This document shows, in pieces, positions 46,799-57,537 of a stretch of 64,000 nucleotides of DNA. The notes under the pieces are model-generated. The model saw only the letters and a list, made by a program, of their open reading frames with translations. It had not been told where the DNA came from and did no database searches. The position numbers and the translations under genes were made by a program. The first letter of the stretch is position 1. Each line of letters opens with the position of its first letter. The DNA comes from an uncultured Gemmatimonadales bacterium. GTDB lineage: Bacteria; Gemmatimonadota; Gemmatimonadetes; Gemmatimonadales; GWC2-71-9. The DNA is taken from the NCBI GenBank assembly GCA_963779755.1, contig CAVZZO010000003.1, positions 1,152,001 through 1,216,000 of the forward strand. Reading direction: 5' to 3'.

Positions 46799-46812
46799 AG
46801 TACATTAGCCCC

Positions 46813-47835
46813 GTGCCCAACGCTGCCCCCTCGCCCCGCATCCTCCTCGTCCGCTTCAGCTCGATCGGCGACATCCTGCTCACCACCCCGCTGGTGCGGG
46901 CGCTGCGGGAGCGGTATCCGCCGGCGGAGATCACCTATCTCACCAAGGCGGCATTCGCCCCGCTGGTGCGGGACAATCCCCGGATCACCCGGGTCCTCAC
47001 GCTCGAGCCGGGCGCCCGGCTCCGCCCGCTGGCCGCAGAGCTGCGTGCGCTGCGGTGCACCCACCTGCTGGATCTCCACGGCAGCACCCGCAGCCGCGCC
47101 CTCCGGCTCCTGGTGCCCGGCCGGTGGCGCGGGTACCGCCACCACCGGGTGGCCCGGGAGATGCTGATCCGCTTCAAGCGCGACATCTACCCGCGGCAGC
47201 TGCCGGTGGCCGAACGCTACTTCGATGCCGCGGCGGGGCTGGATGTCCACCCCGACGGCCGCCCGCCGGAGTTGTACTGCGCCCCCGGCGTGGACGCAGC
47301 GGTGGGAGAGTGGCTGGAAGCCCGGAGACTGGCGGAAGGCCCCCTGCTGGTTTTCGCGCCCGGCGCGGCTCACGCCACCAAACAGTGGCCCGCAGCATCC
47401 TGGCGGACGCTCACCGCGTCGGTCCTCACGCAGGGGTGGAGGGTGGTCTTCGCCGGCGGCCCCGGGGACGCGACCCTCTGCCGCGAGCTGGCCGCCGCGG
47501 GAGGCCCCGCCACGGCCAGCGCGGCGGGCGAGTTCTCCCTGCAGCAGACCGGCGCGCTCCTGGCACGGGCACGCGCGCTGGTCTCGGGCGACACGGGAGT
47601 CATGCACCTGGGGACGGCGGTGGGCACGCCGGTGGTGGCGCTCTTCGGGCCGACGGTGCGGCAATTCGGCTTCTTCCCCTATACCCGTGCCGCGACGGTG
47701 CTGGACCTGCCGCTCGATTGCCGCCCCTGCACCGCCTGGGGTACCGAACGCTGCCCCCTGGGCCATCATCGCTGCCTGCGCGACCTGCTCCCGGCGGATG
47801 TGCTGGGCGCACTCCCCGACCCCGCTCATGGTTGA
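46813..47835 (+). CDS. Glycosyltransferase family 9, LPS heptosyltransferase II-like
   Basis: 'LVRFSSIGDILLTTP', 'DLH', 'PGAAHATKQWP', 'GDTGVMH', 'LFGPT', 'CRPC'. Confidence 0.92.
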   Translation: MPNAAPSPRILLVRFSSIGDILLTTPLVRALRERYPPAEITYLTKAAFAPLVRDNPRITRVLTLEPGARLRPLAAELRALRCTHLLDLHGSTRSRALRLLVPGRWRGYRHHRVAREMLIRFKRDIYPRQLPVAERYFDAAAGLDVHPDGRPPELYCAPGVDAAVGEWLEARRLAEGPLLVFAPGAAHATKQWPAASWRTLTASVLTQGWRVVFAGGPGDATLCRELAAAGGPATASAAGEFSLQQTGALLARARALVSGDTGVMHLGTAVGTPVVALFGPTVRQFGFFPYTRAATVLDLPLDCRPCTAWGTERCPLGHHRCLRDLLPADVLGALPDPAHG

Positions 47836-48223
47836 CGGCGACGGCAGCGAACTGACCCTGCTGCGGCTGCTGTCCGAAGCGGTGCGCGGCCCCCGGCGCG
47901 AAGGCCTCTACGCGATCTGGCTCACCGTGCGCGCGGCCCGCGACCTGACGCTGGATCCTCCCCTGCCGCCCGCCGCGCTGGATCGCCGGCTGGCGGCGCT
48001 GCAGCACCGTCTGGCCACGCTCACCCTTTCCTCCGCCCTGCGCCGCTGCCTGCCGGCCGCCCTGGCCCAGCTGAAATCCGCCGACCGGACCGCCGCCGCA
48101 CTGGCGTTGAGCCAGCTGGTGGCACCGGTGCGCGAAACGCTCGGCGGCGAAGCGGCCGATGCGGTACAGCAGGCGGCGAAGGGGGCGCGTCGAACGGGCG
48201 GGGGGACAACCCGGTCGTCCTAG
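47828..48223 (+). CDS. Hypothetical alpha-helical protein (131 aa)
   Basis: ATG overlaps the end of the GT9 gene. GC3-rich codon usage, followed by a hairpin. Confidence 0.7.
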   Translation: MVDGDGSELTLLRLLSEAVRGPRREGLYAIWLTVRAARDLTLDPPLPPAALDRRLAALQHRLATLTLSSALRRCLPAALAQLKSADRTAAALALSQLVAPVRETLGGEAADAVQQAAKGARRTGGGTTRSS

Positions 48224-48257
48224 CTTTCTCGATCACTACAGGGGCCGAGAATACGAA

Positions 48258-48287
48258 GAGGGAAAGGGACGGGGGTCCCTTTCCCTC
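48258..48287. terminator. Hairpin terminator, possibly bidirectional
   Basis: 13-bp stem GAGGGAAAGGGAC-GGGG-GTCCCTTTCCCTC. A T-rich tail follows on the minus strand. Confidence 0.65.
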
Positions 48288-48290
48288 CTC

Positions 48291-48461
48291 AGCCGGCGCG
48301 GCGCCCGCCTTACGTCGAGTAGGGGTTTGTGGCCAGTGCAGCTGCCACCGCGCGTAAAACGACGAGCGTCCGACGTCCTGTGTTGCCCATCCCCCCACCG
48401 GGAGGAGTCAGTTCCCGTCGGGTACCATCCAGGAAGGGCAAGAGCGGGGCCACTCCGGGCT
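48291..48461. ncRNA. Candidate structured non-coding RNA, family unknown
   Basis: Nested complementary segments (closing stem, ACGTCG/CGACGT, GTGGC/GCCAC, TTGCCC/GGGCAA) in a 390-bp gap next to a terminator. Confidence 0.3.
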
Positions 48462-48615
48462 CTGGCCCTGCGCAACAGTTTGACACCCCTGCCCGAGCCG
48501 TTCCCCTGCTTACACTTGCACCCTGCCGGCCCCAAACGCGCTGCACCAAAACTCGACAACGAGCCGCGCGGCGCCCGGATATCCCCGGCCGTTCCCGACC
48601 CGCTATTTTGCAAAC

Positions 48616-49485
48616 ATGCCGTCCAGCGGTGGGCGCCGCCCATCTTCCGATTCCGCCGAAGCGATCGTCAGCCGGGTAGATGCCGCCCGAAGCGGCGCAA
48701 CCCCGACCGATACCGTCCCGTCCGGCTATCCGTCGCTCGATCGCGTGCTGGGGGGAGGATTCCGCCGCCAGGACCTGGTCATCCTGGCCGGCGACACCGG
48801 ATCGGGGAAGAGCGCGCTGGCGCTGGGCATCGCCATCCGGAGCGCACTGGCGGGAATGCCGGCAGTGTACTGCTCGGGCGAGATGACCGAAGAGCGCCTG
48901 ATGGAACGGGCCCTCGCCATGGAAGGACGCGCGCCGGTCGATGATCTCCGCAGCGGCCGCCTGGCCGATGCCACCCGCGCGGCACTCGGAGCCGCCGCGG
49001 TGCGGCTGCGGGATCTGCCGCTCATCTTCCGCCGGCTGTCCGGGGGGAGCTTCGAGGAGGTGGCCGCCTGCGCCGAAATCATCCCGCGCCGAGCGCTGGT
49101 GGTGGTCGATCCGCTGCAGATGGTGGAACCGCCTTCGCCGGGAGCCACGCTGGAGGAATCCGAGGCGCTGGCGATTCGCGCGCTCAAGGCGATGGCGCTG
49201 GAGCGCAACCTCACCGTCCTGGCGCTCTCCCGGCTGCAGCATTTTACCCGCCGGGAAGACCCCCGTCCCACCCTGGACGACCTCGGGGCTGCCGGGGCGG
49301 CCCGGCAACATGCGGATATCGTGCTGGCGCTCTATCGGGAGGAGATGTACCAGCCGGGCACGGGAGTGGAAGGGGCGACCGAGCTACTGCTGGCCAAGAA
49401 CCGGAACGGCCCCGGCGGGTTCGTGGATCTCTACTTCTACCGCCGCTGGCTCCGCTTCGAGGACATGCTCGACCCGGACCACTGA
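48616..49485 (+). CDS. DnaB-like helicase C-terminal (RecA-fold) domain protein lacking the N-terminal domain
   Basis: 'VPSGYPSLDRVLGGGF...DLVILAGDTGSGKS', 'SGEM', 'VVDPLQ', 'RPTLDDL', 'ADIVL.LYRE', 'AKNRNGP'. Only 289 aa. Confidence 0.88.
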   Translation: MPSSGGRRPSSDSAEAIVSRVDAARSGATPTDTVPSGYPSLDRVLGGGFRRQDLVILAGDTGSGKSALALGIAIRSALAGMPAVYCSGEMTEERLMERALAMEGRAPVDDLRSGRLADATRAALGAAAVRLRDLPLIFRRLSGGSFEEVAACAEIIPRRALVVVDPLQMVEPPSPGATLEESEALAIRALKAMALERNLTVLALSRLQHFTRREDPRPTLDDLGAAGAARQHADIVLALYREEMYQPGTGVEGATELLLAKNRNGPGGFVDLYFYRRWLRFEDMLDPDH

Positions 49486-49489
49486 GCGG

Positions 49490-49957
49490 TCAGCGCGCCG
49501 CGGCCGAGTCTCTGTTCCGGGCGGCGGAGTCGGGGTGGGCGGCGCTGTCGGGTGCCGGCGCCAGGGTATCGCTCTTCGAGCGCGCCCCGGCGAGTGTGAC
49601 ATAGCTGCCCCGCCCCAGGCTGTCGGGCCGGATGGTCACCCAGAGCGGCGGCCCGTTCCGCTCGGCATACAGCGCCACGGTGCCGTCGGACATCCTGGTG
49701 TCGTTCACCAGCGTCCAGGGGCCCCGGCTCAGCGTCTGGCGGTAGTAGTTGGCCACCCGGTCCTGATTCCATCCGCTGATAAAGGTGAACTGCAGCGCCT
49801 CTTCGCCTCCTTCACGCGAGACGATCGCCGCGTTGGGCGGCAGCGGCAGGTTGGGCAGCACCTGGTTGAGTTCGGGCGGGTGCGGCTTGTCTTTGCCGCA
49901 GGCTGCGGCGGCCGTGGCGAGGGCGGCTAAGAGTATGACCGTTGGGCGGATACGCAT
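49490..49957 (-). CDS. Hypothetical lipoprotein
   Basis: Lipobox 'AAAAC', 'VANYYRQTL..GPWTL'. Confidence 0.75.
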   Translation of the reverse strand: MRIRPTVILLAALATAAAACGKDKPHPPELNQVLPNLPLPPNAAIVSREGGEEALQFTFISGWNQDRVANYYRQTLSRGPWTLVNDTRMSDGTVALYAERNGPPLWVTIRPDSLGRGSYVTLAGARSKSDTLAPAPDSAAHPDSAARNRDSAAAR

Positions 49958-50115
49958 AAGGGCTGGAGAGTAGCGCGCGGGGCGGGGGTGGTCAATGGGG
50001 CGACAGCAGCGAAAACGGCGGGATGAGCGGTGGCAGACGCCCGGATCGCGTTGCCTGCCCTCTCCCCGGGGGCTAATTTCAGCCAGGTGGTACCGCAGAA
50101 CCAAGGAGCGTTGTC

Positions 50116-50865
50116 ATGGCCGGCCACAGCAAATGGAAACAGATCAAGCGCAAGAAGGCGGTGACCGACCAGCGGCGCGCGGCGTCCTGGACCAAAGTCA
50201 TCCGGGAGATCACCATCGCGGCGCGGGCCGGCGGCGGCGATCCCGCGGGCAACCCGCGGCTGCGCCTGGCCATCGACGGGGCCAAGGCCGTCAACATGCC
50301 CAACGACAACATCGAGCGCGCCGTCAAGAAGGGCACCGGCGAACTCGAGGGCGCCACGCTGGAAGAGATCACCTATGAGGGCTACGGCCCCGGCGGCGCG
50401 GCGCTGTTCATCGAGGCCACCACCGACAACGCCAATCGCACCGTCGCCGACATCCGCCATGCGTTCAGCCGGAACGGGGGCAATCTCGGCGCCAGCAATT
50501 CCGTGGCCTGGATGTTCGAGCGCAAGGGGCAGATCTACCTGGACGCCTCCCGCTACAGCGAAGAGGCCGCGCTGGAGGCCGCGCTCGAGGCCGGCGCGGA
50601 AGACTTTACCGTGGACGGCGAGCAGTACCTGATCTCCACCGCACCCACCAGCCTGCACGCGGTGCTCGACGGGCTGGCGGCCAGGGGTATCGAACCCGAG
50701 TCGTCGGAACTGGCCATGGTGCCGATGAACACGGTGAAGGTGGAGGGCAAGGACGCCGAGCGCATGCTCAAGCTGGTGGAGGTGCTGGAAGAGCTGGAGG
50801 ACGTCGCCAAGGTATTCTCCAACTTCGACATCGACGCATCGGAACTGGCCGAGGCTTCTTCCTGA
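50116..50865 (+). CDS. yebC: YebC/PmpR family protein
   Basis: 'MAGHSKWKQIKRKK', 'YEGYGPGG', 'TDN.NRT'. Confidence 0.97.
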   Translation: MAGHSKWKQIKRKKAVTDQRRAASWTKVIREITIAARAGGGDPAGNPRLRLAIDGAKAVNMPNDNIERAVKKGTGELEGATLEEITYEGYGPGGAALFIEATTDNANRTVADIRHAFSRNGGNLGASNSVAWMFERKGQIYLDASRYSEEAALEAALEAGAEDFTVDGEQYLISTAPTSLHAVLDGLAARGIEPESSELAMVPMNTVKVEGKDAERMLKLVEVLEELEDVAKVFSNFDIDASELAEASS

Positions 50866-50878
50866 GGATCACGCCACA

Positions 50879-51385
50879 ATGAAAGTGCTGGGCGTGGACC
50901 CCGGCACCGCCATCCTGGGCTACGGCCTGGTGGAGGCCAGCCGGGGACCGGCCCGGCTGCTGGAGTGCGGCGTGCTCCGCACCAGCCCGCGGCAATCGCT
51001 GGCCTGCCGCCTGGCGGAGATCCACGCCGGCCTGGCGGAACTCATCGCCCGGCACCGGCCCGACGTGCTCTCGGTCGAAAGCGTCTTCTACGCCCGGAAT
51101 GTGCGCACCACCGTCTCGCTGGCGCACGCCCGCGGCGTCATCCTCCTCTGCGGCGAGCAGGCCGGCCTCAGCATCGCCGAGTACTCGCCCGCGGTGGTGA
51201 AGAAGACCGTGGTCGGCCGCGGGGCGGCGCTCAAGCCCCAGGTGGGCTACATGGTCGCCCGCCTGCTGCACCTGCAGGCGCCCCCCTCGCCGGCCGACGC
51301 CGCCGACGGCGTGGCCCTGGCCCTGACCCATATCCTGCGGCAGGGCCCCGCGGCGCTGCGGCAGGTGGCGGCCACGGCCCGATGA
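50879..51385 (+). CDS. ruvC: Holliday junction resolvase
   Basis: 'LGVDPG', 'VESVFY', 'LAHARGV', 'DAADGVALA'. Confidence 0.97.
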   Translation: MKVLGVDPGTAILGYGLVEASRGPARLLECGVLRTSPRQSLACRLAEIHAGLAELIARHRPDVLSVESVFYARNVRTTVSLAHARGVILLCGEQAGLSIAEYSPAVVKKTVVGRGAALKPQVGYMVARLLHLQAPPSPADAADGVALALTHILRQGPAALRQVAATAR

Positions 51386-51984
51386 TCGCGACGGTCAGCG
51401 GCACCCTCACCGAGCGCGAGGGCGACATGGTAGTGGTGGAGACGGCCGGCGGCGTGGGCTACGCCGTCACGGTGCCGCTGGGAGTCTTCCAGCGGCTGCC
51501 GGCGCCCGGCAGCAAGGTCCGGCTCTACACCGAGCTGGTGGTGCGGGAAGACGGCTGGCTCCTCTTCGGCTTCGATCAGGCCTCGGAGCGCACCGTCTTC
51601 CAGCGGCTGCTGCTGGCCGGCGGCTTTGGGCCGCGGCTCGCCCTCGCCATGCTGTCCACGCTGGGGCCGGCGCGGGTGGTCGCCAGCATCCGCAACAAGG
51701 ACGTCGCCGCGCTGGCCACGGTGAGCGGGATCGGCCGCAAGAAAGCCGAGCGGCTGATCCTCGAGCTGTCGGACCGGTTCGGCGATCTGCCGGCGACGCC
51801 GGGCCCCAGCGGCCGGCCCCGCGTGGCGGAGGAAGCGGCACAGGCGCTGACCGCGCTGGGCTACCCGCCCGCCGCGGCGGAAGAAGCGGTGCGCAGCGTG
51901 CTGGACGGGCAGGCCGGCGCCGAGACGGCGCAGGTGGTGCGCCGCGCGCTGCAGTGGATCACGACTTCCCAGAAAGGGACCTGA
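51382..51984 (+). CDS. ruvA: Holliday junction branch migration protein
   Basis: 'MIATVSG', 'GGVGY', 'VVRED..LLFGF', 'GIGRKKAERL', 'ALTALGY'. Confidence 0.97.
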   Translation: MIATVSGTLTEREGDMVVVETAGGVGYAVTVPLGVFQRLPAPGSKVRLYTELVVREDGWLLFGFDQASERTVFQRLLLAGGFGPRLALAMLSTLGPARVVASIRNKDVAALATVSGIGRKKAERLILELSDRFGDLPATPGPSGRPRVAEEAAQALTALGYPPAAAEEAVRSVLDGQAGAETAQVVRRALQWITTSQKGT

Positions 51985-51987
51985 AGC

Positions 51988-52161
51988 ATGCCCCTCGTTG
52001 CCCAGACGGCCGAATGGGTGTGTACCCGCTGCGGCACCACCAATCGCAAACTGGTGCCGGAGGACGTCGACCAGTTCGAGGACCGCTGCGTGTCCTGCAA
52101 GACGCCCCACGTGGTGCACCAGGGGCCGAGGCCGGTGCGGTGGGAGGCCAGAAGTGCCTGA
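51988..52161 (+). CDS. Small zinc-ribbon protein (57 aa), not in the ORF track
   Basis: MPLVAQTAEWVCTRCGTTNRKLVPEDVDQFEDRCVSCKTPHVVHQGPRPVRWEARSA. Two CxxC pairs, AAGGGA RBS, starts 3 bp after the ruvA stop. Confidence 0.8.
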   Translation: MPLVAQTAEWVCTRCGTTNRKLVPEDVDQFEDRCVSCKTPHVVHQGPRPVRWEARSA

Positions 52162-52164
52162 GGC

Positions 52165-52250
52165 GGGGCGGTCCGGCGGGCCGGCGGTCGGGTCGCCCAG
52201 CTCGGTGCAGGCCTGCCCGACCGCCCGCCCGCCTGCCCGCCTGCCCGCCC
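52165..52250. repeat. Inverted 4/8-mer arrays (GGCGGTCG-like ... CCGACCGC/CCGCCTGC)
   Basis: Directly visible upstream of ruvB. Confidence 0.65.
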
Positions 52251-52251
52251 C

Positions 52252-53286
52252 ATGACCCGCGTCCAGGTCACCACCCCCGACGTCCTGCCCGAAGAGACCG
52301 GCGCCGAAGCGGCGCTGCGTCCCTCGCGGCTGGACGAGTTCGTGGGCCAGGAGCAGGTGAAGACCTCGCTCCAGATCGCCATCGATGCGGCCCGGGCCCG
52401 GGGCGAGACGCTGGACCACCTGCTCTTCTTCGGGCCGCCGGGCCTGGGCAAGACCACGCTGGCCATGCTGATCGCCCGCGAGATGGGCGTGCAGATCCGG
52501 ACCACCTCGGGCCCGGTGCTGGAAAAGCCGGGCGACCTGGTGGGCCTGCTGACCACGCTCTCCCCCGGCGACGTGCTCTTCATCGACGAGATCCACCGCC
52601 TGCGCCCGGTGCTGGAGGAGTTCCTCTATCCCGCCATGGAAGACTTCCGCGTGGACGTGCGCATCGCCGACGGGCCGCGGGCCCAGACCATCCCGATGAC
52701 GATCGAGCGCTTCACGCTGGTCGGTGCCACCACCCGGTTCGGCCTGCTCACGCCGCCCATGCGGGCGCGGTTCGGGCTGGTGGAGCGGCTGCATTTCTAT
52801 CCCGCCTCCGACCTGGAGACGATCGTCACCCGCTCGGCGCAGATCCTGGAGGTGCCGATGGAGCCGGAGGGCGCGGCGGAAATCGCGCGCCGCAGCCGCG
52901 GCACCCCCCGGGTGGCCAACCGGCTGCTCCGGCGGGTGCGCGATTACGCCCAGGTCCGCGCCGGCGGTACCATCACCGGCCAGGTGGCACGCGATGCGCT
53001 GGCGCGGCTCAACGTGGACGAGTTCGGGCTGGACGACATGGACGCGCGCATCCTGCGGACCATCATCGAGAAGTTCAACGGCGGGCCGGTGGGGCTCAAT
53101 ACCATCGCCGTGGCGGTGGGCGAAGACAGCGGCACCCTGGAGGAAGTCTACGAGCCCTATCTCATTCAGCAGGGATTCCTCGAACGCACCCCCCGTGGCC
53201 GCTGCGCCACCGCCAACGCCTACCGCCGTTTCGGTTTCACCCCGCCCTCGGGAAGCCAGGCCGGGCTCTTCGAAGGGCCCGGATAG
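52252..53286 (+). CDS. ruvB: Holliday junction branch migration helicase
   Basis: '[12 protein letters not shown]', 'GPPGLGKTT', 'FIDEIHRL', '[11 protein letters not shown]', 'EPYL'. Confidence 0.98.
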   Translation: MTRVQVTTPDVLPEETGAEAALRPSRLDEFVGQEQVKTSLQIAIDAARARGETLDHLLFFGPPGLGKTTLAMLIAREMGVQIRTTSGPVLEKPGDLVGLLTTLSPGDVLFIDEIHRLRPVLEEFLYPAMEDFRVDVRIADGPRAQTIPMTIERFTLVGATTRFGLLTPPMRARFGLVERLHFYPASDLETIVTRSAQILEVPMEPEGAAEIARRSRGTPRVANRLLRRVRDYAQVRAGGTITGQVARDALARLNVDEFGLDDMDARILRTIIEKFNGGPVGLNTIAVAVGEDSGTLEEVYEPYLIQQGFLERTPRGRCATANAYRRFGFTPPSGSQAGLFEGPG

Positions 53287-53294
53287 GAGGAATG

Positions 53295-53501
53295 CACCGC
53301 GAAGCCGCGAAGGGCGCCCGGAACTGAGGTTGCCCACTTCAGGCCATTGAGGATCGGGAGAATCTTCGCGGAACAGCATGAGGCTTGCGCTGGGGGTGCC
53401 CGAAACAGCTATTGTGCTCTCGCTGGCAGCTGGATGCCCTCTCGCGTGACATCAAAGCAGCAGTTCTTGGCGCCCTTCGCGCTCTTCGCGTCTTCGCGGT
53501 G
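53295..53501. mobile_element. MITE-like element with ~32-41 bp terminal inverted repeats built of CGCGAAG units
   Basis: Left CACCGCGAAGCCGCGAAGGGCGCCCGGAACTG, right CAGTTCTTGGCGCCCTTCGCGCTCTTCGCGTCTTCGCGGTG. No transposase. Confidence 0.55.
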
Positions 53502-53511
53502 AAATCTCCCG

Positions 53512-54546
53512 ATGCGTACTTCGGACTTCGACTACTCCCTTCCGCCGGAGCTGATCGCCCAGCACCCCGTGGCCCGCGGAGAGAGCCGGCTGCTGATCGT
53601 GCGGCCGGGCGGGGAGCCGGTGCTGGAGGATTCGGCCTTCGACCGCTTCCCCGAGCTCGTCGCGCCCGGCGATGTCCTCGTCATCAATACCACCCGGGTG
53701 CGTCATGCGCGGCTGCTCGGCGCCCGGCCGTCGGGCGCGCCGGCCGAGGTGCTGCTCATCCATCCCGCGCCCGGCGGCGCCTGGCTGGCACTGGGCAAAC
53801 CGGGCAGCGCGCTGCGCCCGGGCAAGCGCATCACCCTGGGGCCCGATGCCTGGATCGAAACCCTGGACGTGCTTCCCGACGGCAACCGGCTGGTCCGGTT
53901 CGGCGGCCTGCCGGCGGACGAGGCGATTGCCCGCTACGGCCGGCTGCCGCTGCCGCCCTATATCGACCGGGCGCCGACGCCGGCGGATGACGTCGCCTAC
54001 CAGACGGTCTACGCCGAGCGCGAGGGCAGCGTGGCCGCGCCCACGGCCGGCCTGCACTTCACCCCGGCTGTCCTTGCCGCGCTGGAGCGCCGGGGCGTGG
54101 CGGTCGCCCGGCTCGACCTCGAGGTGGGCCCCGGCACTTTCAAGCCGGTGGAGACGGAAAATATCGGGGAACACCCCATGCACCCCGAGCGCTTCACTCT
54201 TCCCGACCCGGCGGCGGAACAGATCGCGGCAGCGCGGGAACGGGGGGGAAATATCTGGGCGGTCGGCACCACCGTGGTGCGGGCGCTGGAGAGCGCGGGA
54301 CGGGAGGACGGCACGGTGGCCGCCGGATCGGCGGAGACGCGGCTGCTCATCGCGCCCGGCTATCGCTTCAGGGTAGTAGACCGGCTGCTCACCAATTTCC
54401 ACCTGCCCCGGTCGACGCTCCTCATGCTGGTCTCGGCATTCGCGGGCTACGAAACGACCATGGCCGCCTATCGCCACGCCGTGGCGCAGCGGTACCGCTT
54501 CTACAGTTACGGGGATGCCATGGCCATCGTGGCGCGGGGCAAATAA
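53512..54546 (+). CDS. queA: S-adenosylmethionine:tRNA ribosyltransferase-isomerase
   Basis: 'SDFDYSLPPELIAQ', 'PLPPYI', 'YQTVYA', 'AAPTAGLHF', 'TNFHLP', 'YRFYSYGDAM'. Confidence 0.98.
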   Translation: MRTSDFDYSLPPELIAQHPVARGESRLLIVRPGGEPVLEDSAFDRFPELVAPGDVLVINTTRVRHARLLGARPSGAPAEVLLIHPAPGGAWLALGKPGSALRPGKRITLGPDAWIETLDVLPDGNRLVRFGGLPADEAIARYGRLPLPPYIDRAPTPADDVAYQTVYAEREGSVAAPTAGLHFTPAVLAALERRGVAVARLDLEVGPGTFKPVETENIGEHPMHPERFTLPDPAAEQIAAARERGGNIWAVGTTVVRALESAGREDGTVAAGSAETRLLIAPGYRFRVVDRLLTNFHLPRSTLLMLVSAFAGYETTMAAYRHAVAQRYRFYSYGDAMAIVARGK

Positions 54547-54548
54547 AC

Positions 54549-56068
<1,520 letters not shown>

Positions 56069-56072
<4 letters not shown>

Positions 56073-56605
56073 GTCTGCTGTCGCTGCACCTGCTGGGTTC
56101 GCCGGTGCTGCGCCAGCGCTGCGCCGAGGTGGAGACCGTCGACGACGGCATCCGCCAGTTCGTGGACGACCTGTTCGAGACCATGCACGCGGCCAAGGGC
56201 GTGGGGCTGGCCGCCAATCAGGTCGGCGACACCCGCCGGGTCGCCGTGGTGGAAGCGGAAGAGCAGCGCCTGGTCCTGATCAACCCCCGGGTGATCGCCT
56301 CCGAAGGCAGCGACACGGCCGAAGAGGGCTGCCTCTCGGTCCCCGATGTGTACGTCGACGTGAGCCGACCCGCCCGTATCACGCTGGAGGCTACCGGCCT
56401 CGACGGGCAGCGCTACCGGCGCGAGCTGGAGGGGCTGCCCGCGCGCGCGGTCCAGCACGAGATCGACCATCTGGACGGCGTTCTCTTCCTCGACCACGCC
56501 GGCCCCATGCGCCGGAAGATGCTGCTGGCCCGCTACCGCAAGGATCACAAGGACGACAAGAGCTATATCCGGGAGGTCCGGCCAAGCCCCGCCGGATCGG
56601 CCTGA
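56069..56605 (+). CDS. def: Peptide deformylase
   Basis: 'GVGLAANQ', 'EGCLS', 'QHEIDHLDG'. Confidence 0.98.
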
Positions 56606-57537
56606 TGCGGGTGGTGTTTTTCGGCACGCCGGAGTTCGCGGTGCCGTCCCTGAAGGCCCTCCTCACCGCAGGATTCGACGTCGCCGGTGTGGTCACCCAG
56701 CCCGATCGCCCCCGCGGCCGTTCCCGCAGCCGGCTCGTCGCCTCCCCCGTCAAGCTCATGGCCGAAGACCTCGGCATCCCGGTGCTGCAGCCGGCGCGGC
56801 CGGTCGGCGACGTGTTCCTCCAGGCCCTGCGGCGCACCGGGGCGGAGCTCGGCGTGGTCGCCGCGTATGGCCACCTCCTGCGGCCCGAAGTGCTGCAGAC
56901 CCCCCCGCGCGGACTGCTCAACGTCCATGCCTCGCTGCTGCCGCGGCTGCGGGGCGCGGCGCCGGTGCCCTGGGCCATCCTGAACGGCGACCAGCACACC
57001 GGCGTCAGCATCATGCAGATGGACGCGGGCCTCGACAGCGGGCCGGTCATCCACCAGGTCCGGGTACCCATCGAGCCCGGCGATACCGGCGGCGAGCTGC
57101 TTCGCCGGGTCGCGCAGGCGGGCGGCACCGCCCTGGTGGAGGGCATCCGCGGCTGGCTCGCGGGCGACCTGGTGCCGGTGCCGCAGGACGAGAGTCAGGC
57201 CACCTGGGCCCCCAAGATCAACCGGGAGACCTGCCGCATTCTCTGGAATGAGCCGGCCGCCGTCAGCGCGCGGCGCGTCCGGGCGTTCGATCCCGAACCG
57301 GGCGCCTGGGCCCTGCTGGGAGACGCGGAGGTGAAGCTCTTCGGCGCCACCGTCCGCGACGGGGTATCGGAGCAGGCGCCGCCGGGCACGGTGCTGCGCA
57401 CCGGCGAGCGGCTGCTCCTGGCGACCGGCGAGGGATCGCTGCTGGTGCGCGAGGTGCAGCCGGCGGGGAAACGGCGGATGAGCGCCGCCGACTGGTCGCG
57501 CGGGCGGGGCGTAGAGGCGGGTGAGCGCTTCGCGTGA
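56605..57537 (+). CDS. fmt: Methionyl-tRNA formyltransferase
   Basis: 'FFGTPEFA', 'TQPDRP', 'NVHASLLP', 'GLDSG', 'QPAGK'. Confidence 0.98.
   Translation: MRVVFFGTPEFAVPSLKALLTAGFDVAGVVTQPDRPRGRSRSRLVASPVKLMAEDLGIPVLQPARPVGDVFLQALRRTGAELGVVAAYGHLLRPEVLQTPPRGLLNVHASLLPRLRGAAPVPWAILNGDQHTGVSIMQMDAGLDSGPVIHQVRVPIEPGDTGGELLRRVAQAGGTALVEGIRGWLAGDLVPVPQDESQATWAPKINRETCRILWNEPAAVSARRVRAFDPEPGAWALLGDAEVKLFGATVRDGVSEQAPPGTVLRTGERLLLATGEGSLLVREVQPAGKRRMSAADWSRGRGVEAGERFA

Noticed and set aside
48310..48390. 26-aa minus-strand ORF MGNTGRRTLVVLRAVAAALATNPYST
   Set aside because: The G-run abuts the ATG with no RBS spacing, codon usage is atypical and there is no recognisable motif. Kept only as an alternative to the ncRNA idea.
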